Source of the DNA: Octopus sinensis
Taxonomy: Eukaryota
NCBI RefSeq assembly: GCF_006345805.1
Contig: NC_043007.1
Location: 30,814,001-30,878,000, forward strand
DNA length: 64,000 nt
Direction of reading: 5' to 3'
Shown here: positions 36,533 through 50,244 of the stretch, piece by piece
Layout: the number at the start of each line of letters is the position of its first letter
Numbering within the stretch: position 1 is the stretch's first letter
The notes under the pieces: generated by a model
Database searches by the model: none
Told to the model about the DNA's origin: nothing
The model's input: only the letters and a program-made list of their open reading frames with translations
Position numbers and translations under genes: made by a program

Positions 36533-37251
36533 ACCCTCCCTATTTCTGTCAAATTTAAAAACTATATTAGTTCGTATTTATTTTTATGTAACCGAACTTT
36601 CTACATGTTTTCGGTGCGAATGGTTTTTTATATGGCGCCGAGTTTACAATCTTGTAAATAATAATAATGGTATTTTTATATAAGCTTAAAGCTTATATCG
36701 ATCACCATGCAATGACTAAGGAAAATAGTTTAATAACGGGGCATATCAGCCCTCAACAGAAAAAAGAAGGCTTTCATGGCGGATGAATGTAATCTTCTTT
36801 GAGATTGGCCTTATACATCATTGGCTGTGACGTATAAGTGGAGTAAGTAAATAAACAAGATAGCATAGATGTAAAGAGGGGTTGTTTTTATTGTTATTGA
36901 AATGGTTTGGCCGTTTGTGGCATCAAGGAAGCATCTAGAATAACCTGTAATAAAACGGAAGTTAGCACTCGCCAGTGACTGTTTCAAAATGCCTGCAACT
37001 AATCAAAAGGATACTATTCTTATGGAAGGTGCAGCGGTGTCAAATTGTGTCGGGAGGTCCGACAGTTCTGTAGACCCAGCATTGGACAGATGGTTTTGGA
37101 GGACTCTCGTCTCTGTTTTTCTCTTCAAACATCTCCTTTGACAAAGCACTTGAAATCTGACACGATCTATTTTTAAGTGTCTTGTACTACGTAAATAAAT
37201 ATACAAAGAGAGGTCCACAATCAAATAGAGATGGAAAGACAGACATATTTG

Positions 37252-37359
<108 letters not shown>

Positions 37360-37439
37360 CGGACAGACAGACTTGTAGATAGACGCCAAGTGTTAAAAAA
37401 ACATTGAATACCTCAAATCAGGCGAGAAAACTCGCCCCG

Positions 37440-40400
37440 TAAGTGAACGACATTTCGTTGTCTTTGCAGCCCTTCGGAATCGTGTATTCCTATCAGCAGG
37501 GAACTAACTGCAATCGTTTCACCTTATGCAGATTTCTTAATTTTTGTGACAAGGCATTGAAGATCTGTGGGCCTTTGTACCCGAGACTATTGCAGTACCT
37601 GGTCCTAAATTTAGATGGAGTGGATGGTACTTTTGGTACAATACAATGGCGGCCAGTTCTGGCATTTGTATAACACTCAATGCCGGAGTTAGATACTAGC
37701 CCTTCGACGATTTTCCATGTGTATCTCTCACGCCTTAGCTCCAAGGAGTAAAGTTGTACTTTTCTCAGCCTATCCCTGTAGCTCATCCGTTGCACTGTTT
37801 CAATCTTTTCAGTGTAGTGGTGTTGGACTGCTTCAAGCTCCACTGTTAGTTTGGCACTATGTGGTGACCATAACTGGGAGCAGTAGTCCAGGCGGCTGAG
37901 AACAAAGGTTCCTCACAGGGTCAATATAGTTTCTTGGTCTCTTGTCTTGAAGGACCTCAGTATCCATCCTGCCAGTTATCTGCACTTTGCTACCGTCTTG
38001 CTAATGTGCATATGAAATGTCATTGCACATACTGATCCCCAAGTCTTTCACTTCTTGTGACTCTGGGATTGTGGTGGATGGAAGCACTCCGTCGGTTACG
38101 ACGATGAGAGTTCCGGTTGATCCGAATCAACGGAACAGCCTGCTCGTGAAATTAACGTGTAAGTGGCTGAGCACTCCACAGACACGTGTACCCTTAACGT
38201 AGTTCTCGGGGATATTCAGCGTGACACAGAGAGTGACAAGGCCGGCCCCTTGAAATACAGGTACAACAGAAACAGGAAGTAAGAGTAAGAGAAAGTTGTG
38301 GTGAAAGAGTACAGCAGGGATCACCACCATCCCCTGCCGGAGCCTCGTGGAGCTTTAGGTGTTTTCGCTCAATAAACACTCACAACGCCCGATCTGGGAA
38401 TCGAAACCGCGATCCTATGACCGCGAGTCCGCTGCCCTAACCACTGGGCCATTGCGCCTCCATTCTGGGATTGTAGTACCTTCGGCTCCTGTATATGTAG
38501 ACTGTAGTGCATTCGTGAGTTGATAGTGAAGTGCTTGAAATTTTCCAGCATTAAACTGCACGTTGTTTATTTCAGCCCACTTGTATATTGAATTCAGGTC
38601 CCGCTGTAAGTTTGCGACCTCATCTTGGTATTTTATTGCCTGTGATAATTTTGTACAATCGGCTGTCCGAGTAACCGTGGGCATGTCTAAGAGGGCTATT
38701 ATGAACAACAATGACCCCAGAACAGTTCCCTAGGGGGACACCACTTAGGATTTGAGTTTCCTCAGAAAGGGTACCATTGGCTGCAATTACCTGACTTCTG
38801 ATTTTAAGAAAGTCATGCAGCCACTCTCCCAGTTTACCAGCAATGCCAAGGTCTCGTAGCTTATGGCATATCAAATGCCTCCGCGAAGTCAAGGTATATC
38901 ACACTGACATCTGAATGGTCAAGCAGCTGTTTCAAAACCCAGTCATAGTGCTGAAGGAGCTGTGTGAGGCAGCTTCTTCCTAGATGAAGCCATGCTGAGT
39001 ATTGTTCAGTCAGTCATTTTCTTCTAGGAACATTATCAACTTCTTTCTGATGATTCGCTCCATGACTTTACTGGTAAGTGAAGTGAAAGAGATTGGTCTG
39101 TAGTTTTTGGTCTCTGCTCTGCTTCCACCTTTTTATGAAGTGTACCACTTGCAAGGAAACTTTGGAAAAGTATCTGAAGTAGTTTCGCTAAAGCCTGTTT
39201 ACGTGACTTTAGGAGAATAGCTGGGAAACCATCAGGACCAGTGGCCGAGAATGAGCTCATTTCATTTATGGCCGCTGTTACATCTGTTTACTCAATGTTG
39301 ATGTAATCGATGGCTGGCGTCTCCGTTTTTAGAGCTGCATCATCAAAGAATTCAACCGGATTTTTTATCTGCATGTGTCCACGGGGGGAAGTGAAGACAG
39401 TTTTAAATGTATTACACTTATCTTTCCTTGGTCCGCCATCAGTGAGTCAGTCCCTTCGAACAATGGTCCTATTTTATCTTATATTTTGCCTCCTGTTTCC
39501 TTTGCGAATTTATAGAAAGCTTTGGGATTTGCGTTTATGCTTTCCACAGCTCTCTTCTCTGTCTCACTCTCCCTCCCTTCCTCTCTCCCTCTCTCTCTCT
39601 CTCTCCCCGCTCTTTCCCCTTTCATAAAAGAGTTTGATCTTGTTTTCAATTTCTAGGAGCGTCCGTATTAATATAGACTTTTTCCTGTCCTTCAGTTGCC
39701 TATTCAGCCGCTTTGAGACCTTTGACCTACGTTTCATAAAGATTTTTCTGTCCTTGGGAATCTTGTTTGACATTGTGCTGGCCTTTCTTTCGGGGATATA
39801 TTTAGTGCTTATAGCTTGCACTGTTGACATAAACTAGCTGAGTTTCAAGTCAGTGTCTTGCATACACAGAATGTTGGACCAGTTTCGTTTGTGGATCTCT
39901 TTGCAGATTGATTCCCATTTTGCCTTATTGAAATTCAGGTTTGGATAAGGCTTGAGTCCTCCTGATAGGGTAGATACCAACAGTTCGCACAGGACCATAC
40001 ATAGTTCAACAATGTTGTGATCTGAGAGTGCTGTTGGTGTCACCTTCACATTACAGAGAAGGACCACATTATTTGTGAAGCAGAGGTCCAATATGCTGCT
40101 TCTCCTGGTTGGCCTGAGAATCACTTGCTCCATGAACAGCTTATTAGTAAGTTTTCAAGTAATCACTCTACATGCTTTTGTTCATGCAGTGACATCCCTG
40201 AGATGATGTGACCTTCTGGCCATTTAACATGTGGGATGTTGAAGTTACCCAGGGAGAGTATGTTGATGTTCTGATCTAGGTTTGTTAATACCTCTTCGAT
40301 GTGTTTGAGGCTATCCTCGAATTTTCCCTAATATTTTGTGGTATTCAGCGGACGATATATTGTGCATACAGCTACATCAGTTTGCTTTATATGTATAATT

Positions 40401-40999
40401 AAGGTCTCACAAACTGAGTTTGAATGTAACAGTAATACAAGGTGTAACGTCTTCACAGATATACATAGCAACTCCACCTCTTCTGTCTGTAGAAAATACA
40501 GCATACCCTGGTATGTGTACCTCCGCATCGGTTACATTAGGGGCTAGATGCGTTTCAGTGAGTGTCATGCATAATTCTTGATTGCATGTAGCAAGCTCTT
40601 TTAGACAGAAAATTTTACTTCTGTTGCTGAGTTGTAGCAGGCCTCCAATGTTCAGAAGGAATATGGGTGCAATATTTGGGTAGGTGTTAGTGGTGGCCAT
40701 CCTGGGCCTGTCACTTGAGGCAGCCTTGTGCATTGGAATGCATGGCTTTGAGCCAGCATCTTTTTCATCCATGTCAGTTGCTGTACTACCTTCTGGGCCA
40801 TGTTAAAAAAAGACTGTTGTTCGATAGCTGCAGTTCGTACAGCCTCTGCATATTGCCTTTCGAAGGGTGCAGACCTCTTTTCCTACTCTTTTCAGGCGCG
40901 TTTCTTCTTGTTGGTGCACTGTTGGCCTGCAGACCTGTGCTTGATGATTTCCCTCTATGTTTTTGCTGGTTTTGTTTCAGGCTGCCTTGCTTGTTGCTC

Positions 41000-41000
<1 letters not shown>
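37440..41000 (-). mobile_element. CR1/L2-group LINE (ORF1 tail, APE endonuclease, RT), decayed
   Basis: APE: LTETHL...RRGGVAMYI and PTRRSSILDLCFTNN...LSDHNIVE; RT: SATGPDGFPAILLK and GVPLGNCS; C-terminus SYRDRLRKVQLYSLELRRERY; SINE inserted at 38073-38461. Confidence 0.85.
38073..38461 (-). mobile_element. young SINE group C1 with 11-bp TSD
   Basis: Near-identical to 16726-17112; TSD tctgggattgt at 38062-38072 and 38464-38474. Confidence 0.92.
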
Positions 41001-41048
<48 letters not shown>

Positions 41049-41078
41049 ATATATATTATATATATATATATATATATA

Positions 41079-42319
41079 TTGGGTTCTCCGGAAAGTTCGT
41101 GCCGATATTTTGGAACATGGTTGGGTCCATAAAATAGGATTTGACTACACCTCCATTCAGAGCACAATTTAAGCTATATTTTCATGGAAGAAGGTTTATG
41201 TATTAATTCTGTAACCCTTTAAAATGGAAGATAAGAAAATTCATTTTTAGCACTTTTCTTTTTCCGTAAAAGGAAAAATGCCTCACAAGCAACTAAAGAA
41301 ATATGCGCAGTTTACGGTGATGTTTCTTTATCCGAAAGAACTGTACAGAAGTGGTTCGCGAGGTTCTGAGCTGGAGATTGTTGCCTTATTGATAAAGAGC
41401 GATCAGGTAGACCATCCACTACAGATGCTGACCAAATCAAGTCAGTAATTGAGAATAACCCACATTACACAACCCTAGAATTGACAGAAAGCCTCAACCT
41501 ATCAAAATCCGTCGTTTATGAGCACCTGGTAAAGCTTGGGTACACAAATCATTACGATGTTTGGATACTACATGAGTTGAGTGAGAAGAACCTTTTGGAT
41601 CGCATTTCCATCTGTGATTCGCTTTATAAACGGAATGAAAACGCGCCTTTTTTTAAAGCAAATTGTGACAGGTGATGAGAAATGGATTATCTACCGAATT
41701 CTTCAGAGAAAGCGATCCTGGAGTAAGCCACATGAGCTACCCTTAGCCACCCCAAAAACGGGTCTTCACCCTAAAAAAGTTTTGCTTTGTGTCTGGTGGG
41801 ATTGGAAAGGAATTCTGTATTATGAGCTTCTCCCAAGTAACCATACAATTAATTCTGACAAATACTGCACACAACTGGACGAGTTAAAAGAAGCAATTCA
41901 AGAGAAATATCTAGAATTAACCAACAGGAAGAGTGTTGCTTTCCAACATGATAATGCAAGACCGCACGTTTCTTTGGGAACCAGACAAAAATTGCTGCCG
42001 CTCAGCTGGGATGTGTTACCTCACCCTCCATATTCACCAGATATTGCTCCTTCGGATTTCCACTTATTCAGGTCTCTACAGAATAGTCTTAATGGTAAAA
42101 ATTTCAATTCCTTGGATGACGTAAAAAGATACCTTGATGAATTCTTTGCCATGAAACCACCTCAGTTCTGGGAAGGGAGTATTTTCAAGTTAAAGGAAAG
42201 ATGGAGACGCATTGTGCAACAAAATGGTTCATATTTGGTTGATTAAAAACATAATGGCAAGTATTTATTGACCTTTTTCTTTCCTTTAAAAACCGGCACG
42301 AACTTTCCAGACAACCCAA
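41079..42319 (+). mobile_element. full-length mariner transposon (cecropia/Hsmar1-like), 1241 bp
   Basis: TIRs ttgggttctccggaaagttcgtgccg and cggcacgaactttccagacaaccca(a); TA on both sides; inserted in a (TA)n tract. Confidence 0.95.
41224..42246 (+). pseudogene. mariner D,D34D transposase pseudogene
   Basis: MEDKKIHF* start; VTGDEKWI, HDNARPH, HPPYSPDIAPSDFHLFRSLQ; two premature stops in the N-terminal part and a frameshift near 41650. Confidence 0.93.
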
Positions 42320-42363
42320 TACACACACACACACACACACACCACACACACACATACATACAC

Positions 42364-42443
<80 letters not shown>

Positions 42444-42486
42444 CAAATATATATACATACATATATACACATACTGCGTAAATAGG

Positions 42487-42539
<53 letters not shown>

Positions 42540-42769
42540 GTACGTGCATACATATATGTAGGTATGTATGTATGCTTCCGCGTTCCCGAGTATAGCCATC
42601 GCTTGAAGCATGACAGAAGCGGTCTCACGCGTGAGCCTCACGAGCCCACAGGCCTGGCATTTCAGGTGCCTAGTGACCAACGCTGATGTTACAAACATGA
42701 TTGTCCCTAACAACAACAGGAGGTTGGTCATCCTCCAGTTTCATGTGATGCTTCAAGCCCCCCCCCCTT

Positions 42770-43020
42770 CAGCTGACAGGCAAACCTTTGCCGCATCCAT
42801 GGCATGTCCTTGTGCTGTGTATGGCGTTGGGCAAGTCAACCCCGAAAAATGACTTCTTTTGTGACTTTCTCAGACCCGATTCGCTGAAGCAGAATCTCCC
42901 ACATTCATCGCATCTCGACCCAGTCTGGTCATCTACTTTTTTCTGGAAATATCACGTCCACATCCTTTCTAACATTTCGATATGATTTCTTCGAACTATT
43001 TCGAAATTCTCACTTCCGTC
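42770..43020 (-). mobile_element. possible PHD-like ORF1 remnant of the CR1 LINE
   Basis: Frameshifted KGCGRD...DWV-RCDECGRFC; lies 5' of the CR1 body across the mariner insertion. Confidence 0.35.
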
Positions 43021-43650
43021 ATTTATTATTTTCCTTCATCTTGACCGGTCAGTTGTAGTTTTTCCCCAATCCTGGGTACAGACTATAAAATAGGGAGCTA
43101 TGCTGGTCTTGTGTCATTGTAAAACTTAAATAAATAGAGCTGGTATTGAGTACTTGAAGCATGGTAATAAAAGTTTTTAAAGTTTGGACAAACCTGCACA
43201 CACACATACACACACACACACGTGTGTATGGGTTGAGAGAAAGAGAAAGAGAAGGAGGTGGGGAAAAGTCGTTTGCATATCATATTCCATATCACAGAAG
43301 CAGTTGTGAGTTTCAAATTTTCAGATAGAAAATAAAATATAAAATATATACGTATGTATATATACATGTGTGTATGTGTGTACGTGTGTGTATGTGTGTG
43401 TGTGTGTGCATACATACATACGCACACACACTTATACATAATTGAAAGAATGTTAATAGCTTGTGTAACACATCTGGTCGTTAAGGGGTGGGGACACAAC
43501 CTGAGAAGTAACAAAATATCATTTCAAAAGGCTTGAACGAGAATTGAACCCTTCACTTTAAAACAGTGACGAAATAAACAGGAGAGAGGTTTGTTGGCAG
43601 CTGTTTTTGAAGTGGAGTCGATCTCATATTCACCATACATATACACGAAT

Positions 43651-43686
<36 letters not shown>

Positions 43687-43734
43687 CCCTACATACATAC
43701 ATTTGTGCGTATACAATACTACGTATATATATAT

Positions 43735-43950
43735 GGCGGGGAGCTGGCAGAAACGTTAGCACGCCGGGCGAAATGCTTAGCGGTGTTTCGTCGGTCTTTA
43801 CGTTCGGAGTTCAAATTCCGCTGAGGTCGACTCCGCCTTTTATCCTTTCGGGGTCGGTAAATTAAGTACCAGTTGCGTACTGGGATCGATCTAATCGACT
43901 GGCCCTCTCCCCAAAAATTTCGGGTCCTTCTGCCTAGACCAGAAAAGAAT
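43735..43950 (+). mobile_element. full-length SINE family B
   Basis: ggcggggagctggcagaaacgttagcacgccgggcgaaatgcttagcgg...gaggtcgactccgccttttatcctttcggggtcggtaaattaagtaccag...tagaccagaaaagaat. Confidence 0.88.
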
Positions 43951-44252
43951 ACTACGTATATATCAGGTGTATTTTCTATATTTCCTGTTCCCAAAACTCA
44001 ACCGTTTCCCTCTTTATGTGAAGTCGTGTGTTGAAACAGATACTCAACCGTTTCCCTCTGGTCTTTGACTCTAAAGATTTCGGTCGTAAACATTAATACG
44101 TAATGTCAGGAATATTCCTTGAGAAGTTATGGGAAGAATTACTTCGCAAAGACTAATTGTGGTGCGTTCTAATGTACACATATATTTCCTATTACCGTGT
44201 GTATAAATGTATGGTATACATGTGTGTATGTATGTATACATACATATATATA

Positions 44253-44297
<45 letters not shown>

Positions 44298-44333
44298 GTA
44301 TATATATATATATGTTATATATATATATATATT

Positions 44334-44365
<32 letters not shown>

Positions 44366-44389
44366 ATATATATTATATATATATATATA

Positions 44390-44426
<37 letters not shown>

Positions 44427-44429
<3 letters not shown>

Positions 44430-44800
44430 TGCAGGAGTAGCTGTGTGGTAAGAAATTGCCTCCCAACCAAATGGTTCTGGGTTCAGTCCCACTGCGTGGT
44501 ACTTTCTACTATAGCCTCGGGCTGTCCAAACGCTTGTGATGGATTTGGTAGACGGAAACTGAAAGAAGCCCGTCGTGTATATATTTGTGTATGTCTCTCT
44601 GTTTCCCTCCACACACACACTACCACCAGCATAGCTTGACAACCGATGTTGGTGTGTTTACGTCCCTGTAACTTAGCGGTTCGGTACAAGAGACCGATAG
44701 AATAAGTACTAGGCTTACAAAAGAATAAGCCCTGGTGCTCGAGTAAAGTCGGAGCTCCAGCATGACCGCAGTCAAATAACTGAAACAAATAAAAGAATAA
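44427..44800 (+). mobile_element. SINE family A
   Basis: ggtgcaggagtagctgtgtggtaag head through to the aaataaaagaataaaag tail. Confidence 0.88.
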
Positions 44801-44938
44801 AAGTATGCATATATGTGTGTGTGTGTGTGCGTGTGTGAGTGCGTGTATATGTGTGTATATATGATATATATGTGTGTAGGGGGTGTATTTATATGTGTGT
44901 GTATATATATATATATATATATAATATATATATATATC

Positions 44939-45000
<62 letters not shown>

Positions 45001-45050
45001 TGTATGTGCAAGATTTTTTATGTGAAGTCGAACGTGTGTGAAACAGATAT

Positions 45051-45873
<823 letters not shown>

Positions 45874-46259
45874 CATACATACATACATTCATACATATAT
45901 ATATATACACACACATATATATATGTATGTATGTATGAATGGATGGATGGATGGATGGATGGATGCATGCATGCATGCATGCATGTATGTATGTATGCAT
46001 GTATGTATGTATGTATGTATGTATGTATATCCTCTTTACTCTTATTCTTTTACTCGTTTCACCCATGTGGCTGCGGTCATGCTGGAGCACACACACACAC
46101 AAACACACACACACACACATAATGCTTGTGACCACCATGGTTTTCTTTTGCTGGACTCAAATCCCATTTGAGGACCCAATGAGAAACGAACCTCCACCAA
46201 CTTTTTTCTGCCTATATATCTCTACACACTCTTTAATACCATGAATACAATAAGGTCTG

Positions 46260-46465
46260 CAAACCTAACGGAGGACTCAAAAGACATTTTAAGATCCACA
46301 AAGGTCAGAACTGAGCTGCAGCCCTTGATCCAAATTGGATTTGCAGCCTCTGTGGATGTCTTCTCAATATGTCTGGCTTAAAAAGCCACATCAGACGCCA
46401 TGATGGTTCTAAAGTGTAAGTCCAAGAGGTAGTCAGACTCTGCATAAGGGGTAGACAATCACCAT
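46260..46465 (+). mobile_element. retroposon 3' end with C2H2-like motifs (probably RTE) and (CATA)n tail
   Basis: CKPNGGLKRHFKIH and CSLCGCLLNMSGLKSHIRRH; second copy at ~55398-55595. Confidence 0.6.
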
Positions 46466-46495
46466 ACATACATACATACATACTACATACATACA

Positions 46496-46531
<36 letters not shown>

Positions 46532-46536
46532 TATAT

Positions 46537-46603
<67 letters not shown>

Positions 46604-46608
<5 letters not shown>

Positions 46609-46771
46609 CTAATTAGAGACAAAACCATTTGATGAATGTCCATTGAAGTGACAAGAAACGATCGTAGTGGATATCTTAATTATATTTAATTTATATAAAA
46701 TTTTTATGAATTGGATTAAGTCTTTCTTTGTTTGATTTGCATAATAGTGGTTTTGTCTCTAATTAATATTA
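46604..46771. mobile_element. small MITE with ~25-bp TIRs
   Basis: taatactaattagagacaaaacca ... tggttttgtctctaattaatatta. Confidence 0.7.
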
Positions 46772-46855
46772 TATTATATATTACTATAAAATTGGATTCA
46801 ATCCTAAATCTGATTTTTCCCTGTAAATTTGGATTTATTCCCTAATATTTATTAT

Positions 46856-46923
<68 letters not shown>

Positions 46924-46931
<8 letters not shown>

Positions 46932-47124
46932 AACTAAGGTTACAGAGCAAACAAATGCAAGGTCATCCACATAACATTTCATATCTCGAACATTTAATCA
47001 TAGAATATACATTTATGACATCCGTGATGTCATAAATATATATTCTATAATTAAATGTTCGAGATATGAAATGTTATGTGGATGACCTTGCATTTGTTTG
47101 CTCTGTAACCTTAGTTTGATATAT
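46924..47124. repeat. 201-bp near-perfect palindrome
   Basis: 99-bp arms, 3-nt loop (cgt, 47023-47025), 2 mismatches. Confidence 0.95.
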
Positions 47125-47212
47125 TTGTCTCATTCAATTGAGCACTTCTATAGTATTCCTACTAAACATTTTGTTCCTGATATAAGAAACAATCACTGTA
47201 TTATTGATATAT

Positions 47213-47278
<66 letters not shown>

Positions 47279-47289
47279 TTATTATTAAT

Positions 47290-47561
47290 AGGCGCTCAGG
47301 AGATGGAAGCAGGGAGGTATGACGTTCGAGCGGAGCTCTTCGTCTATATATATATATATAAAGTTAATCCAAACAAGAAAGCACAAAATAACAACAACAA
47401 AAAGACGTGGAACAAATAAAGTATTATTGGACGCTGAGGAAAGAAGGGAAGAAGGAGGGCTTAACGTTTTGAGCGGAGCTCTTCGTCGGAAACATAGGAG
47501 AAGGAAAGATCCAGAGAAGGGAAGACAGAGGAAAAAAATCGCCAGCGGTACACACGCGGTC
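47290..47561 (-). mobile_element. hammerhead-bearing short element, full copy plus partial tandem copy
   Basis: 47360-47561 matches 14768-14975 (motif 47459-47493 with GAAA changed to AAAA); partial copy at ~47290-47344. Confidence 0.7.
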
Positions 47562-47586
47562 GTATGTGTATATATTTATATATGCA

Positions 47587-47745
47587 GGGTGCGATGAGTA
47601 AACTGTCGCCATTTTACGGTTTTATTTTCGCGCATGCACATTGCTTATTTTTTATTTTGTCGACTACACAGTATAGTAGGGTCAGTTGGTCACCGTCTGT
47701 GAGAAAAGCAGCACCATGACGCAATTCACTCTGCCAGAAATTTGG
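47587..47745 (+). mobile_element. Tc1/mariner-like 5' end fragment
   Basis: Starts cagggtg after a TA-rich tract; short ORF start MTQFTLPEIWNRH. Confidence 0.3.
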
Positions 47746-48089
47746 AACCGACATGCAGTATGTATGTATGTATGTAAATATAATATGTGACAATTATTCG
47801 GTGTCCACATTGAATTCTTCTGCGTATTATATTTACAGATAAACTCCCCTATTTACACATAATATCGAGGTCTCTTTCATTCTTTTGTTGTCTTACCATT
47901 TCTATATATATATATAATTGTCAACTAAATGTGGCGGTCCCATAGAGGACGATGCTACTGTTGTTTTTATCCCTCCATGAGGACATCTCCAGCTGGTTAA
48001 CGACACACTCTTATTTTTCCTTTTTCCAGATGAGCGACAATTTGTCACTGGGAAAAATTGCACATGTTGATAGAGTAACCCTTCTTCCT

Positions 48090-48250
48090 CCTTACAAAGG
48101 CAATACTCGGCGTAGTCTCCATCAGACTCGAAGCATTTGCGCCACCGTTGCCCCCACCATTACTGCCAAGTCCTCTTGAAAAAGATTGTACCGTCTTTTT
48201 CTCGGTCATTTCTATCTTGTGTCAGTCATCAAATCACTGTTACTGAAGAC
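48090..48250 (-). mobile_element. decayed mariner C-terminal fragment
   Basis: Minus-strand RWRKCFESDGDYAE resembles the mariner C-terminal RW.KC....GDY.E motif. Confidence 0.4.
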
Positions 48251-49142
48251 TGTCCTTCATTGAACCAGACATGTGGCATTCAAAGGGCACCAGTTTCCGT
48301 CTAAACGGTTTATGATGAGTCCAATTTGACAATTGCCAGATTTGTTGCCAGTGACATGTGTTGTTGTTCCTTGTTATGGTGAATGTGGGATGTTTTCATA
48401 GCCTTGTCCGGTCTCTTCCTCCCAATGGACTTCTGCTTTCCCAATTTCATGGGATTCATCTCAAGACTCTTTTACGATAAAATGGTGAAACAGGTCAGTT
48501 CCTCCAAAATTCTTTGTAAACTCCTAAATATATCTCCTTCTGTGTATATATATATATACTACCAAAATATGACCTTTTTGAACTTATAATTTTCTGTCTA
48601 TATATATAGATACTTCCAAACAAATATGATTTCTAATGAAATCCTGATATTTTTTATGAAACTTTTTCATAATTTCTCAAGATTTTTTCTGTAAACTGTT
48701 TTTAACATTTTCTTATTATTATTATTATCAAAGAATGTATATATGTATTGTAATATTTTGTGACAACCAGTACCTAACACAACAAAGCTTTTACATGTTA
48801 CTTTTGACAATCTTTTTCTAAAAAAGTGAAAAAGTATATATATATATAATATATATATATATATTATATATATATATATATATATACACACCAACAAGAG
48901 CTTCCACACAGTTTCTGTCAAACAGATTCATGCATCGGAGGCCTTGGTCTATGTTGGAAAACATTTGCCCTAGGTGCCGCACAGTGGAGCCGAACCCGAA
49001 ACTACACGGTTGCAAACCGAGCTTCTTAACCACAGAGCAATGTCTACACATATACGTAATTAATATAAATAATGTAAATCACATATATAGTGTTAATTAA
49101 TGCATAATATTTATTATATACATAATGTAAAAAACATATTAC

Positions 49143-49397
49143 GAAGATGTACTTGCATAGTAAGTGACCTGATCTGAGATCGTGTGCTGGAACGAAAGCA
49201 ATTGCAGCGTGGGAGGTTTTTATAAGCCATTTGAAACACACAAAAACCGTTAGCAGCACGGAATTTTGTCAGTGGACGGGTCGCGGTCTCAAAGCGACGA
49301 AAATATTTTGGCAAATTAAATTTAAATGTTCAAATTAATCTAACGTTTTATTGTGTGTTTTAAATGGCTTATAAACACATTCCGCGCTGCAAGTGTT
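49143..49397. mobile_element. short DNA element with internal inverted arms and GC hairpin
   Basis: Arms ~49195-49252 and ~49340-49397 inverted; hairpin gtcgc-ggtctcaaa-gcgac at 49280-49298. Confidence 0.75.
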
Positions 49398-50010
49398 AAA
49401 AACATATATTATGCTTATTGCTTACATCTGGTCAATAAGAGGGAAAGGAATTAATCTGAGAAGGGACAAAACCATTATTTTAAAGTGTTGGAACACTTAA
49501 TAGAGCTCTAGACCATTTAACATTAGGAAAGTGGAGAAGAGAGATGCTTAACAGCTGTTTCTGAAGTGGGATCGATCTCACATTTACGATACATATACAC
49601 ATAAGTGCATACACGCAAGTCCTTGTGTATATACATATGTGTATATATATATATACGCACACACATATATGTATGTATGTGTGTCTGTGTGTGGGTGTAT
49701 TTGTATGTGGGTGTAAGTGTGTGTGAGTGCATGTAAGCATGTGTGGGTGTGTATTCTACGAGGCAGTACTCTCAAGAGAAGCAATGTCCGTCTACTTAAG
49801 GGACTCAAAGATAAGTCTGGAAGTGAATAAAATATTTAATACATACATACAAACATACATACATGTGTGAGAGAGTGTGTGTGTGTGTGCATGTATGGAT
49901 GTATATTATTTTGTCCAACGCTTGTATAGATGCGCGCACAAACGCATACACATACACACACGCTTACACACGCACAAACATGCATTCATACATACATATA
50001 TGTATGTATG

Positions 50011-50054
<44 letters not shown>

Positions 50055-50076
50055 TATATATACGTACACATATAGG

Positions 50077-50187
<111 letters not shown>

Positions 50188-50207
50188 ATATATACGTACA
50201 AGCATAG

Positions 50208-50241
<34 letters not shown>

Positions 50242-50244
50242 ATA

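Larger units (their letters stand above)
35314..36775. mobile_element. fold-back element with ~520-bp arms made of tRNA-containing tandem units
   Basis: 35393-~35914 is the inverse of ~36242-36775; left arm has two units at 321-bp period; ~330-bp unique spacer. Confidence 0.85.

Noticed and set aside
41224-42246. SETMAR-like host gene
   Set aside because: No SET domain, intact TIRs and TA flanks, internal stops: a transposon copy.
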